From a virus (taxonomy: Duplodnaviria > Caudoviricetes), in IMG/VR virus record IMGVR_UViG_3300034142_000033, positions 1-51,570 of that record: a DNA stretch of 51,570 nucleotides; one strand, given 5' to 3'. How positions within the stretch are numbered: position 1 is the first letter of the stretch; every line of letters begins with the position of its first letter. A program made the position numbers and the translations under genes. A model generated the notes under the pieces. The model was not told the DNA's origin. It worked only from the letters and a program-made list of their open reading frames with translations, and made no database searches. Below are positions 23,758 to 33,413 of the stretch, in pieces.

Positions 23758-25926
23758 CTATCCCGCTCTTACTATTCTTACCCTTGATCGACCGGCCGCC
23801 TGCAAACGCGCGGGGGAGCCCGTCAGGAGAGGCTCAGGAGGCGGCGGTGCCGCCTCACCATGCGCCTCGCGCAGCGCTGCGGCTTCCGCGGTGGCGGCGG
23901 CGGACGCCGGTGCCGGTGCCACCTTCGGCGGCCGCGCCCAGCCCGGCACCCAATCGAGGCTTTGGTCGCCCCCGCCGAACCGCAGCAGCACGGTCAGCGC
24001 CATCATGTAGAGGTCCCACGTCTCGTTCGCCGATCGCGCTGGCCGCTCCCATATTTCGCCGACCTTCGTCTCCACGCGCATCTCCGCGATATACTTGGCG
24101 ACAACCAGCTCGCCATGCTGGTCGACGTCGCCGGGAAAAAAGATCGATCCCGGCCCCCCGTCGCTACGACGAAGGCGCGTGTCTGCAATGTCCTTCAGGC
24201 GATTTACGTTCGGCATGAATAGCTCGCATTGCGGCGCGCCCCGGATCTGGCGCTTCGCATCCACGGTAGGCGGCGGAAGCAGCCTGCCACGCGGATTGTT
24301 GCCGCCCTTGAAGAGCGTGATCGCCGTCGGAGGCACGGGGGGACGGCCAGAACCCACATCCCCTTTGACCATGGCATGCCACCACGCGAACGCGTTGTCG
24401 GTCGCCCCATCCATGCCCCCGGTGTCGAGCACCAGCCCCAGCGGCTTCACCAGCGCATCAGGGGCGCCAGCAACAGGGTAGCGCCGGGAGAGGACGCGCT
24501 CATAGAGCACTCCGAAATGTTCCGGCCGCGTGAAGGGGCGGACCGGTTCGCCGTTCCACTGATCGATAGCAAAGCGGTGCACCAGCCAGGCGCGGTAGCT
24601 GGCCCCGAACGCCCAGGCCGCAACCTCGAATCGATTGACCTGCTGGTCGACGCACAGGATCAGGCACCGCGCCTCCGGAGGCACCTCTCCCAGTCGCCAG
24701 GGCGATGATCGCGCGCGTCGCACCAGCTCATCCTCCGAGGCGCCGGGTTCGCCCGTGCCCCTCGCCGTGTAGTTCTTACCCACGACGGTCTGGAAGAACG
24801 CCTTGAGGGGGCCCTCATCCTGTTCGACCTCGAAGGCGAGCTCGGCCTTTCGATACTGCTCCGCTATCTCCGACCAGCGGCGGAAGCCCATCAACCCGTC
24901 CCACCGCTGCGAGAGACGGGAGTTCGGCGCGAGCTCGCCTATTTTGCCGTCGGCGCACTCAGCGCGGCCGACAGCCTGCTCACCATGGCCTACCCAACGT
25001 CCCGACCGCATCAGCGCCGACTTGTCCGCTTGCTTGTGCACGCCGCCGCAATCAGGGCAGACCACGCAGGCGGATCCGGCCGCGTCCAGCGGCGATGCCG
25101 TCCGATCGAACTCCAGCACCGCCTCGGTGTCGAGGATGAACGGCTCGTCGCAGGCGAGGCAGTCGACATACCAGCGCTCGTCCGTGCCTGCGGCGACCAG
25201 CGCCTCGATCCCACGCTTCTTCCCGAGCTTTGGCGTCGAGTTCACATAGGCCTTGGTTCCCCCATAGGCTGAGAAGCTGCCCATGCGGCCGACCATCAGC
25301 GACAGGGCGTCGCCCTGGTCGCCGATATCCTGCGGAATGTCGTCATAGTCGTCGAGCCGGCCGCGCGAGATCGGCTTCGATCGGAAGGCTGGGCCGGTCG
25401 GCCATAGGAAATGGAAGGCGCAGCCGCGGAACTGCTTGAGATTGATATTGTCCGACGACGGCCCGTCGAGCTGGCGCTCGCGCAGGGGTTTCGATTGGTC
25501 GTCGGCCCCGTCGACCGAAGCGCGCGTCTCGTCGAGCATCTTCGCCCATTGCGTAGTGACGTAGGAGCTGATCGAGGTCCGGTCCGGCATCACGAACAGC
25601 ATGTCGGCGGGGTCGTAGAGGATCGTGTGGAGCTGCCAGTTGTTGCCGACCTCCGACTTCCCGGTCTGCGTCGGGCCCATCACCACCACTTCGCGGTAAG
25701 GCGACTCCGCTCCGAGCGCGTCCATCGCCCGCTCCAGGAACCGCACGTCGTGCGGGCTGTCGCGCCACGGCCCGGAATAGGCTCCCGGATTGGCCAGCAT
25801 CCGGTGACGCTTGGCCGCTTCGGACACTGCGAGACGCTCCGGGAAGCGCATCTCGGCCAGGGCGCCGGCGACGATCGGCGCCGCGGCGGCGAAAGCGGGA
25901 GGTTCAAGGTCGGCCTGGAGCAGCAT
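23758..25926 (-). CDS. Terminase large subunit, lambda gpA family
   Basis: Walker A GPTQTGKSE, LDDYD, NSTP, CxxC pairs, NETWD; start MLLQAD. Confidence 0.93.
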   Translation of the reverse strand: MLLQADLEPPAFAAAAPIVAGALAEMRFPERLAVSEAAKRHRMLANPGAYSGPWRDSPHDVRFLERAMDALGAESPYREVVVMGPTQTGKSEVGNNWQLHTILYDPADMLFVMPDRTSISSYVTTQWAKMLDETRASVDGADDQSKPLRERQLDGPSSDNINLKQFRGCAFHFLWPTGPAFRSKPISRGRLDDYDDIPQDIGDQGDALSLMVGRMGSFSAYGGTKAYVNSTPKLGKKRGIEALVAAGTDERWYVDCLACDEPFILDTEAVLEFDRTASPLDAAGSACVVCPDCGGVHKQADKSALMRSGRWVGHGEQAVGRAECADGKIGELAPNSRLSQRWDGLMGFRRWSEIAEQYRKAELAFEVEQDEGPLKAFFQTVVGKNYTARGTGEPGASEDELVRRARSSPWRLGEVPPEARCLILCVDQQVNRFEVAAWAFGASYRAWLVHRFAIDQWNGEPVRPFTRPEHFGVLYERVLSRRYPVAGAPDALVKPLGLVLDTGGMDGATDNAFAWWHAMVKGDVGSGRPPVPPTAITLFKGGNNPRGRLLPPPTVDAKRQIRGAPQCELFMPNVNRLKDIADTRLRRSDGGPGSIFFPGDVDQHGELVVAKYIAEMRVETKVGEIWERPARSANETWDLYMMALTVLLRFGGGDQSLDWVPGWARPPKVAPAPASAAATAEAAALREAHGEAAPPPPEPLLTGSPARLQAAGRSRVRIVRAG

Positions 25927-26504
25927 CAACCCTCTCCGTCGAACGCGCCGGGCGCGCAGATTGCCGCGACGAAGGCGTCGACGCTGCGCTCGATCATCCC
26001 CTCCAGCTGGCGCTGCTGCTCGGCCGTCAGGCCGACGGCGATGCCGAACTCCGCGGGGATCCTCTGCAAGCGGCGGCGATGGTCGACCGCGATATGGCTC
26101 AGCACCCGCTCCAACTCTGCCGTATCGACCAGTTGCTTCAGCAGCTTGCGATATTTGATCGCCTCGAGCGCAGCGCCATATTCTTCCCGCCGCTGCCGGC
26201 CCGACAGCGACAGCGCTTCGGCCTGCTCGGCTGTGTCGCCGACCAGCTCGAGCCGCATCTGCTGCAGCTGAGCTCGGCGGGCTTCGTCGGCCTGGTCGTC
26301 GGCGTCGCGCTTTGCCTGCCACCAGCCGATCCCACCTTCGGCCTCGATCTTGTACGCGCGCCCGCGCTCGCCTCGCTCGATCAGCCAGGCCGGCTGCGGC
26401 GTCCCGTCCTTCAGCAGCTCCCGCAGATGGACCCGCATCGTCTCGGCCGTGACGCCCGCCAGCTCCGCGAACTCATCGAGGCTCACAATCAGCTCGCCGC
26501 TCAC
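25926..26504 (-). CDS. Terminase small subunit (Nu1-like)
   Basis: N-terminal wHTH SLDEFAELAGVT..RGRAYKI; directly upstream of terL. Confidence 0.8.
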   Translation of the reverse strand: MSGELIVSLDEFAELAGVTAETMRVHLRELLKDGTPQPAWLIERGERGRAYKIEAEGGIGWWQAKRDADDQADEARRAQLQQMRLELVGDTAEQAEALSLSGRQRREEYGAALEAIKYRKLLKQLVDTAELERVLSHIAVDHRRRLQRIPAEFGIAVGLTAEQQRQLEGMIERSVDAFVAAICAPGAFDGEG

Positions 26505-26665
26505 AGCTCCGCCTCCGCCATGCGCCCGAGGCGAACACCCGCCGGCGATCTCGCCGCACGCCACCGCGTCGCCAAGCGTGAAACCGCCAGGCGACCACCC
26601 TCAGGCAGACCAAAAGGCGAAACAAAAACACGAGGGATCAAACACTTGACCAAACTCGCGCGCGA

Positions 26666-26710
26666 CGCGCCTTCGGCACCCGCATAGGGGCTGGGCCGCC
26701 GGGAGGACCC
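26666..26710 (-). other. cos-like packaging site
   Basis: GGGTCCT (identical to lambda cosQ) followed 18 nt later by ATGCG-GGTGCCGAAGG-CGCG, resembling lambda cosN TTACG-GGGCGGCGACCT-CGCG; upstream of terS. Confidence 0.6.
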
Positions 26711-26730
26711 GGAGGGGGGTACCCCCTGCC

Positions 26731-27519
26731 TCACGACGCCGCTCCCTCCGAGGTCCACGGCTCCAGCGGCGCCGACGGCCGCAGAACGGTGAACCCCAGC
26801 GCCCGCAGCGACAGCCGCCATGCCAGCTGGTCGAGCCCCTCCCACCATGTCAGATAGGCGATCCGCCGCCGCGCCAGCTCCGAGCGCGTCACCGTCGGGA
26901 TGATCCGGCAGAAGCGCGGGCTGTTGCCGCGCCCGGTCCGCTCCCACTGCCCCTCTTCGCCATATTTGACCCAGACCACCGGACGCCACCACCGCACAGG
27001 CTCGGCCCAGCCTTCGGGCCGTACGCCGAGCCGCCCGTAGGAGCGGACCAGATCGCCGCCCTCGACCTCGCCGCACGCCACCGCCACCGCCTCCGCCGCG
27101 GGATGGACTAGGTCGCGCACCAGCCCGACCCGCCGGTCGATGCGGCAGCCGAGATGCTCGATATCGGCGAGCGCGGCGCATCCGTCGGCCGAGCGCCCGC
27201 CCGGCTCCAGCCCTTCTACCTCGGCTTCAATCCGGTGCAGCCCGACCCCGGCATGCCGATCCGCTTTCTGGTCGCGAAGCGCCCACGTCACGAGCCGTTC
27301 GACATCGATCGACCCTTCCGGCTCCCACGGCCTCGCCCCCGGCGCCGCCTGCCGAGGCAGCGCGTCGGCAGGATCAACCGTTATGCGCCCGCCCCGGCTC
27401 ACGATCGGCCGGCCCAGCCCCTTCGCCCGCCTCGGCGGCAGCCAGGTCACTAGGACCTCATCCGCATCGACCCTTCCACCCACGGAAGCATCGCTCCCAA
27501 CCCTTCCATCCTCACCCAT
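26731..27519 (-). CDS. Putative late-gene regulator/antiterminator
   Basis: IDVERLVTWA..HPAAEAV..YLTWWEGL..PLEPW; lies between replication genes and cos (Q-like position). Start uncertain. Confidence 0.6.
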   Translation of the reverse strand: MGEDGRVGSDASVGGRVDADEVLVTWLPPRRAKGLGRPIVSRGGRITVDPADALPRQAAPGARPWEPEGSIDVERLVTWALRDQKADRHAGVGLHRIEAEVEGLEPGGRSADGCAALADIEHLGCRIDRRVGLVRDLVHPAAEAVAVACGEVEGGDLVRSYGRLGVRPEGWAEPVRWWRPVVWVKYGEEGQWERTGRGNSPRFCRIIPTVTRSELARRRIAYLTWWEGLDQLAWRLSLRALGFTVLRPSAPLEPWTSEGAAS

Positions 27520-27732
27520 CTTACAAGACATTGTAACTGTTCCTCTTCTTTTCACTCTCGGAAGGGTTGGAAGGATTGGAAGGATATCCAACTCCACGCA
27601 TGCGCACCCGCCCGCGCACCCGCGCCCATGCCTGCGCTAGCTCCGCCGCAAAGCTTCCAACCCTTCCGAAGGCGCGCAAATCCGCCCTTTCCCCCTTCCG
27701 CCAACCGTTCCGCCACCCTTCCACATGGAAGG
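27470..27732. repeat. CCCTTCC iteron cluster, candidate replication origin
   Basis: About 10 CCTTCC/GGAAGG units in both orientations; perfect 16-bp inverted repeat at 27558-27573 and 27654-27669. Confidence 0.6.
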
Positions 27733-27733
27733 A

Positions 27734-30700
27734 TCAGGGTTCGTCGTAAGCATCGCCAATCTCCTGCTGCGAGGGGTATGGGGGCGGAGGCTCGGCAGGC
27801 CGGCTGTCGGCCGCGCCCTCGACCAGCGCATCGAGGTTCCGCACCCGGCCCTCGCTATCGACGAAGTCGAACGGCTCCCGCGTCGTCCTGAGGCCGAGCC
27901 AGTGCACCCCGTTCGACGTCTTGCTGGCCAACCCCTTCGCCTTCAGCGCCTGGCTGAACCCCTTCTGCTTCCACTCGGTCTCGCCCGCCGCTTTCGCCCA
28001 GGCACAGAACAATTCGTAGAGATGCGACGATTGCACCCGCCCTTCCGGGTCCGGCGCCGTGCAGGTCCGCAGGAAGCTGGAGATCGGGTCGCTGTCCTGC
28101 TTATAGTCGGCCGACGCCAGCTGCACCGATTCCGGCTCGACGAAGCCATGCTCCATCCAGTCGACGAGGCCGCGCACCATCCAGGCGAGAATGCCGGCAT
28201 ATTCGGCCGCGAGCTTGTCCGGCAGGCCGCGGTCGCGCTCATGCTCTTCGAGATGCTGTTCCCACGGCATCACCTTGACGCGCCGCCAGATGCCCGCCGT
28301 GCCGCGCGGGATCGGGGGCAGCTCGTTGCACCACAAGGTGAATTTGAACGTCGGCAGGAAGCGGAAAAAGCTGCGGAAATTGTCGCGCGCCAACAACTGG
28401 TCGCCGCCGGTGAGACTGTTGATCAGCGCCTCGTTGATGGCGACGCCCGACTTCGGCTCGCCGGCGGTGAGGAAGCGAACCCCGGGAAGCCGCACCAGCG
28501 CCGGCGTCGCGGCATCGCCGCCTTTCTGGGCGCCGGTATCGAGGAAGGTCTCGACCTTGCCGGCATCGCCATAGTCGCCGATCGCGTCGCGGCAGGCATT
28601 TCCGACCGTCGATTTGCCGTTGGCGGCGAGCGGCCCGAACCAGATATGGAAGATCTGTTCGCCGACGTCGCCGGTGAGATTGTAGCCGAGCCACTGCCGC
28701 AGGTAGCGCCGCCGCTCCTTTTGCGGCTGCGCCCATCGCACCAGCTTCTGAAAATGCGGCGCCGCCGCCTCCGGATCATAGGCGCAGGCGGCGATCTTGG
28801 TCAGCCGGTCGGCGCGGTCGTGCGGCCGCAATTCGACCCGCGCCGACGAGCCCGGCCCGGCTTCCGATCCGGGCTCGGCGCGGTGGAAGCGCAGCGTCCC
28901 GTTCATGCAGTTCAAGAGCATCGGATCGGTGTCGAAGTCGGTGAGCTCGACCGTCACCCAGCGCTTGGCGAGGTTGGCGATGCAGCCGATCCGCCCCGAC
29001 GATTCGGAGGCCACGCCCCAGGCCGCGAGCTTCGCCGACAACCGCTCGGCTTTCTTGCCGCCCCGGATCAGCACGTCCATGCCGCCGGGCCGGCGCGGGT
29101 CGTCGTCGAACAGATCCTCGTCCAGATCCTCGTCTTCCGGCCACCCGCTGTCGCGCACCGCATGGCCTTCGCGCTGGATCGCCCGCACCGTCTCGAACAC
29201 GCTGCCGAGCACTTCGGCGGGGGTGACGTCCTTCTCCTGGTTGAGCACCCGGTAGCGCCGCCCGTCCCAGCCCAGCCAACCCTTGGCGGTGGTATAGAGA
29301 TAATCCTGCCCCCATCGCTCGCGCCAGCGCTCGGCATTGCCCATGTCGGTGCGCGCGAAGCCGGCGCAGCGCAGGTCGGTCAGCAGCGGCCCGACATTGA
29401 AGCCGCGCGCGAAGCCTATCTCGAACGACCGGTCGAAATCGTCGGGATCGGCGCCGGGGTGCGCCTCGGCCAGCTCCCGCCGCACCGCCGCGATCGCATC
29501 CTCGCCATGCTCCGGATCGACCAGCCCGGCCGCCGCCCGCCGTCCCAAATCCCAGGCCCATCGCCCGGCCTGCTTCGGGCTGATCGCGGCATCGGCGGCG
29601 CTGCGTTCGATCCACGCCGCCGTCATGCTTTCGATCCGCGCCCGCTCCTCCTCGCCGAGGCCGAAAGGGTCCGTCACCCTTCCATCTGGAACCATATCGG
29701 CTTCGGTCAAACCGGGGGGTAGCGGGGGAAAGCTTCGGTCGAAGCGTGCGCGCCACTCCGCCCCATATTGCGACCGGGTTTCGGCGTCCCGCACCGTCTC
29801 GGCCAGCCCGGCCAGCCGCACCCACAGCGCTGCCCGCCCTTCCGGGCTGTCCGGCTCCGCCTCCGCCAGCGCCGCCTCCCAGACGAACGCCGCCAGCGGC
29901 CGCGCCGCCGCCGCCGCTTGCTCGATCCGCTCGCGTCCGCGCTCGATGGTCTCGCTCGCTCGAATGAGGCTGTCCGGATCCTCCCCTTCGGGCAGCAGCG
30001 CCACCGCCAGCGACCGGCCCGGCCCCACCAGCGGCAATGCCCGCTCGCAGGCGCGCATCGCCGCCTTGCGGCCCGCCGCGTCGCCGTCGAACAGGAGGAT
30101 CGGGCAATGCGCCGCGCGCCAGGCGCGCTCGAGCTGACGCTCGGTCAGCGCCGTCCCCATCGGCGCCGCCACTTCCTCGATTCCGGCGGCGTCGACGGCG
30201 ACCGCGTCGAGCTGCCCTTCGACGATCAGCAGCCGCCGGTTCGATCGCGCCGCGGGCGCCGCGCGGTGCAGGTTGAACAGCAGGTCGCCTTTGTCGAAAT
30301 GGCCGCTGTCCGGCGAGTTGATATACTTGGGTGATCGGGCGGAAGTATTACTTCCACCCGGGGAAGAAGAACTTGGATCCAGCAGCCGGCCGGCGAAGCC
30401 GACCGCGCGGCCGCGCGCATCGTGGATCGGGATGGTGATGCGGCCGCGGAAGCGGTCGTACCATAGCCCCTCCGCCTGGCCCTCGGCGGCGATCAGCAGC
30501 CCGGCGGCGGCCAGGGCTTCCGGCACGGCGCCACAGCCTGCCACCGATCGCTTGGACGGCGCAAAGCCGATCCCGAACCGCGCGATCGCCTCCGCGCCGA
30601 TCCCGCGCGCGGCCAGCGCCGTCTGCGCCTTGGCGCCGCCCGCGAGCTGCTCGCGATACCAGGCTGCCGCCCGCTCGATCGTCTCGGCGACGCCGGCCAG

Positions 30701-31024
30701 CTCCTCCTCGCGCCGCGCGTCCCCGGCCGACCGCGCCGGCATCTCGATCCCGGCGCCGGCGGCGAGCTCGCGCACCGCGTCGATGAAGCCGAGCCCGCGC
30801 GCATCGATCAGCCACCGTATCGCGTCGCCATGCGCCTGACAGCTAAAACAATGGTAGAAGGCCTTCTCGTCGTTGACGTAGAAGCTCGGCGTCTTTTCGG
30901 CGTGGAACGGGCAGCACCCCTTATGCTCCCGCCCCGCCTTGGCGAGCTTCACGTCGCGGCCGACCAGCGCCGACAGCGTCGTCCGCGACCTGATCTCGTC
31001 GAGGAATTGAACTGACAGGCTCAT
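27734..31024 (-). CDS. DnaG-type primase (CHC2 zinc finger + Toprim) fused to P4/D5 SF3 helicase
   Basis: CPFHAEKTPSF..CFSC, DRFRGRI, KYINSP, VEGQLD, FDGDAAG; then TDMGNAER, NCMNG, ANGKST, ARDNF. Confidence 0.92.
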   Translation of the reverse strand: MSLSVQFLDEIRSRTTLSALVGRDVKLAKAGREHKGCCPFHAEKTPSFYVNDEKAFYHCFSCQAHGDAIRWLIDARGLGFIDAVRELAAGAGIEMPARSAGDARREEELAGVAETIERAAAWYREQLAGGAKAQTALAARGIGAEAIARFGIGFAPSKRSVAGCGAVPEALAAAGLLIAAEGQAEGLWYDRFRGRITIPIHDARGRAVGFAGRLLDPSSSSPGGSNTSARSPKYINSPDSGHFDKGDLLFNLHRAAPAARSNRRLLIVEGQLDAVAVDAAGIEEVAAPMGTALTERQLERAWRAAHCPILLFDGDAAGRKAAMRACERALPLVGPGRSLAVALLPEGEDPDSLIRASETIERGRERIEQAAAAARPLAAFVWEAALAEAEPDSPEGRAALWVRLAGLAETVRDAETRSQYGAEWRARFDRSFPPLPPGLTEADMVPDGRVTDPFGLGEEERARIESMTAAWIERSAADAAISPKQAGRWAWDLGRRAAAGLVDPEHGEDAIAAVRRELAEAHPGADPDDFDRSFEIGFARGFNVGPLLTDLRCAGFARTDMGNAERWRERWGQDYLYTTAKGWLGWDGRRYRVLNQEKDVTPAEVLGSVFETVRAIQREGHAVRDSGWPEDEDLDEDLFDDDPRRPGGMDVLIRGGKKAERLSAKLAAWGVASESSGRIGCIANLAKRWVTVELTDFDTDPMLLNCMNGTLRFHRAEPGSEAGPGSSARVELRPHDRADRLTKIAACAYDPEAAAPHFQKLVRWAQPQKERRRYLRQWLGYNLTGDVGEQIFHIWFGPLAANGKSTVGNACRDAIGDYGDAGKVETFLDTGAQKGGDAATPALVRLPGVRFLTAGEPKSGVAINEALINSLTGGDQLLARDNFRSFFRFLPTFKFTLWCNELPPIPRGTAGIWRRVKVMPWEQHLEEHERDRGLPDKLAAEYAGILAWMVRGLVDWMEHGFVEPESVQLASADYKQDSDPISSFLRTCTAPDPEGRVQSSHLYELFCAWAKAAGETEWKQKGFSQALKAKGLASKTSNGVHWLGLRTTREPFDFVDSEGRVRNLDALVEGAADSRPAEPPPPYPSQQEIGDAYDEP

Positions 31025-31073
31025 GACGATCGTCCGCAAGTGGTACTTGCGGCCGGGGAGGACACGGGACCGA

Positions 31074-31916
31074 TCACGCGGCCTCTCCCGCGCACCACAG
31101 GCCGCACTCCGCATCAAATTCCTCGGTCGGGTCGTCCGGCCCGAACATATCGGGGGAGCGGGCCACGTCCTCGGCGAGCTGGGCGTAGCGCGTTCGACGG
31201 TCGAAGAGCCGCCCGTCCTGCTCCTTCTCCACCCACCAAGGCGACAGGGCTGGGCGCGCCCGCATCAGCGAAGCTCGAAGCCGAGCGCCTTTCATGAAGC
31301 AAAGGTCGCAGTTGCCCTCCCCCGGCTCTAGCCCAAGGTCGAAAGGCTGTTCGGACCAGAAGGCCATCACATCGCGCCGAGTGACGCCAGCGCGGGACAG
31401 CGGAGCAAGGCACGTCCGGTTCTCGTCGGCATTGCGACCGATCATCTTGGCGACGCGCCACGGCTCATCGGCGCGGAGACCAACGACCTCGGAATAGGCG
31501 GTCAGCCCCTGAGCGCGCATGTAGGCGAACATGACCAGCACCTTGAGGAAGCTGGTACACCACCGGGCCTGCCAGTTCGGGAGCGCCTGCTTGCGGGCGA
31601 TCAGGAGATCGAACGGTTCCCCTCGCCGCGAGGCCGTGTCGAATCCGACTTCCTCGAAATCGACGGTATGGCCTCGGTGGCTCCGATATTCGAGCCAGTG
31701 AACCCGCACCCCCCAGCGGGTCTCGCACTCGTGAACGAAGCGCAGCGTCTCCTCGCGCTCCTTGCCGGTGTTGGCGAAGCAGACGTGAACGTCATCGGGC
31801 AGCTTGCCGTGATAGGCGCCGAGGATGTGCCTGAGCATGTAACCCGAGGTTCGGCCGCCGCTGAAGCTGATGAGCGCAGGCCCATCTATCCTGTACGGGT
31901 TCGGGTCATCCGCCAC
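31074..31916 (-). CDS. PAPS-reductase-like (PP-loop) phage protein
   Basis: SFSGGRTSG, FANTGKE, WCTSFLK, GLRADE, GNCDLCF. Confidence 0.85.
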   Translation of the reverse strand: MADDPNPYRIDGPALISFSGGRTSGYMLRHILGAYHGKLPDDVHVCFANTGKEREETLRFVHECETRWGVRVHWLEYRSHRGHTVDFEEVGFDTASRRGEPFDLLIARKQALPNWQARWCTSFLKVLVMFAYMRAQGLTAYSEVVGLRADEPWRVAKMIGRNADENRTCLAPLSRAGVTRRDVMAFWSEQPFDLGLEPGEGNCDLCFMKGARLRASLMRARPALSPWWVEKEQDGRLFDRRTRYAQLAEDVARSPDMFGPDDPTEEFDAECGLWCAGEAA

Positions 31917-32118
31917 GCTCGCCCCGCCCCTTCACGCTTACACGCCCCGCCAGGGCCTCCTGCTGCGCCGCCACGATCGCGCGCAGCGAGCGCAGCACGG
32001 TCTCGGACGGCGCCTCGCCCCGGCGCACCTTGTCGGCCGTCGCGCGCAGCCCGTCGGCGTCATATTGCTCGGCGAGGATCTGCCGCGGCGTCCGCAGGGG
32101 GCGGAGACTTCTCACCAC
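31906..32118 (-). CDS. Hypothetical protein
   Basis: Coupled ORF in the early operon. Confidence 0.55.
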   Translation of the reverse strand: MVRSLRPLRTPRQILAEQYDADGLRATADKVRRGEAPSETVLRSLRAIVAAQQEALAGRVSVKGRGERGG

Positions 32119-32145
32119 ACCGCCTTAAAGTAGTACTTTGAGGCG

Positions 32146-32185
32146 AAAAAAAGCGCTCCGGCCGGCAAGCCTATCCGGCCGGAGC
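32146..32185 (-). terminator. Strong intrinsic terminator
   Basis: GCTCCGGCCGG-N9-CCGGCCGGAGC, GC, then T7. Confidence 0.8.
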
Positions 32186-32360
32186 CTGGTCCGCTCGACG
32201 CACTCCACATCCCACTGGCGGCAGCGGGGCAACCCGGGTGGCCGGCAACGCCGCGGCCGAAGCCGCGCCGACGACGGATGGTGGCAGCCGGCCCGCATGT
32301 GCCATTGGGCCGGCCCCGCGCGCGCTTTTCACCAGGTCCGGACCGCGACCGCCGCCGCCC
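32146..32360 (-). ncRNA. Candidate structured ncRNA (~210 nt)
   Basis: Intergenic; 32349-32359 pairs with 32217-32227; internal hairpins include a cUUCGg loop; ends in a terminator. Confidence 0.45.
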
Positions 32361-32407
32361 CCATAGCAGAACCCATCCGTCTTTGCTCCAAAATGGATGA
32401 AGGCCGA

Positions 32408-32929
32408 TCATTCGACCAACCCAGCGCGGATCGATGCGGCGAGGCCGCGCAGCGCCACGGCCAGCGGCCCCCTCGTCTCAGGCGAATATTGCAGCCCGTT
32501 GGGGTCGAGCGGCAGCTCCGGCCGCTCGATCATCAGGGCGTAGCCCTCGACGAAGTCGGCGATCTCGAAGTCGCGCTCGGCCCGAACCTCCTCGAACGCC
32601 TTCGGCCGCTGCGCGGGCGGCTCGCCCGCCGCCTTGGCATCGCGGTAGCTGACGAACTCGAACCAGATTTCCTTCTCGGGGCCGCAATGGCGGGTCAGCG
32701 CATAGGCTTCGGGCAGCGGCACCATGCCGGCCTCGGTCTTGCGGTTGGTATAGCCGCCCCCAGCCGAGCGCCCGTCGACACCGCGCCGCCAATAAGCGAG
32801 ATGCTCTTCCGACCAGATCCTGACCAGCGCATGCTCATAATTGTCGACCTTCTCCGGCGCGCGCTGAAACATCCTCAGCGAGCGCGCCTGGTACGTCTTG
32901 AACTGCGCTGGCCGGCGGTAGTGCCTCAC
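32408..32929 (-). CDS. Hypothetical protein
   Basis: GTG start overlapping the upstream stop; ALVRIWSEEHLAYWR. Confidence 0.65.
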   Translation of the reverse strand: MRHYRRPAQFKTYQARSLRMFQRAPEKVDNYEHALVRIWSEEHLAYWRRGVDGRSAGGGYTNRKTEAGMVPLPEAYALTRHCGPEKEIWFEFVSYRDAKAAGEPPAQRPKAFEEVRAERDFEIADFVEGYALMIERPELPLDPNGLQYSPETRGPLAVALRGLAASIRAGLVE

Positions 32930-33165
32930 GGGGCCTCCCCCAGCCGCCGGGCGGCCTCCTGGGCGGGCGAATGCGCGCTCAGCCACTGGGCCGCCTCGAT
33001 CGCGAGCTGGGAGGCGATGTGCGGCGTCGCCTTCGCCTCGGCGATCGCGCGCCTCTTGTCCCACGGCAGCCGCCGCCAGCAGCGCAGGCAGAATCGTTGC
33101 CACCGCTCGAGCGGTGCTCCGCAGCCCCGCGCCAGGCAGACGTGGCGATGGCGCCGGTGCGTCAC
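32926..33165 (-). CDS. Small Cys-rich (zinc-finger-like) protein
   Basis: CLARGC..FCLRCW. Confidence 0.6.
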   Translation of the reverse strand: MTHRRHRHVCLARGCGAPLERWQRFCLRCWRRLPWDKRRAIAEAKATPHIASQLAIEAAQWLSAHSPAQEAARRLGEAP

Positions 33166-33413
33166 TCGACCGCCTCCGTCGTGAGGAAGGCGCGCACGAC
33201 TTCTCCGCCGTCCCAATGCCCGGTGAGGATGCCGCGCCGGGCGCTGAACCCGGCCTGGTAGCGCCGTGCGGCGATCAGCCTCGCCCGCCTAAGCGCGGGG
33301 TCGATTCCGCGCAGCGGCCGGAACCGCGGCAGCGTCATGGGCCCGCGCGAGATCGCGGCGCGTGTTAGGGACGGAACCGACGGGACATCGCAGGAATCGG
33401 GGGCGCCGCTCAC
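33162..33413 (-). CDS. Hypothetical protein
   Basis: Coupled ORF; ILTGHWDGGEVVRAF. Confidence 0.55.
   Translation of the reverse strand: MSGAPDSCDVPSVPSLTRAAISRGPMTLPRFRPLRGIDPALRRARLIAARRYQAGFSARRGILTGHWDGGEVVRAFLTTEAVE

Noticed and set aside
26550-27084. 18-bp direct repeat ctcgccgcacgccaccgc at 26550 and 27067
   Set aside because: A single GC-rich pair with no structural context; plausibly chance.
27470-27732. Repeats read as a CRISPR array
   Set aside because: The units are short, irregularly spaced and in both orientations, with no spacers or cas genes.
5643-29722. Long plus-strand ORFs such as 5643-8399, 11069-13096, 17588-19390 and 27725-29722
   Set aside because: They are R/P/G-rich antisense shadows of real minus-strand genes, expected at this GC content.
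32112-32411. 99-aa minus-strand ORF
   Set aside because: Low complexity and crossed by a strong terminator; the region is better explained as structured RNA.
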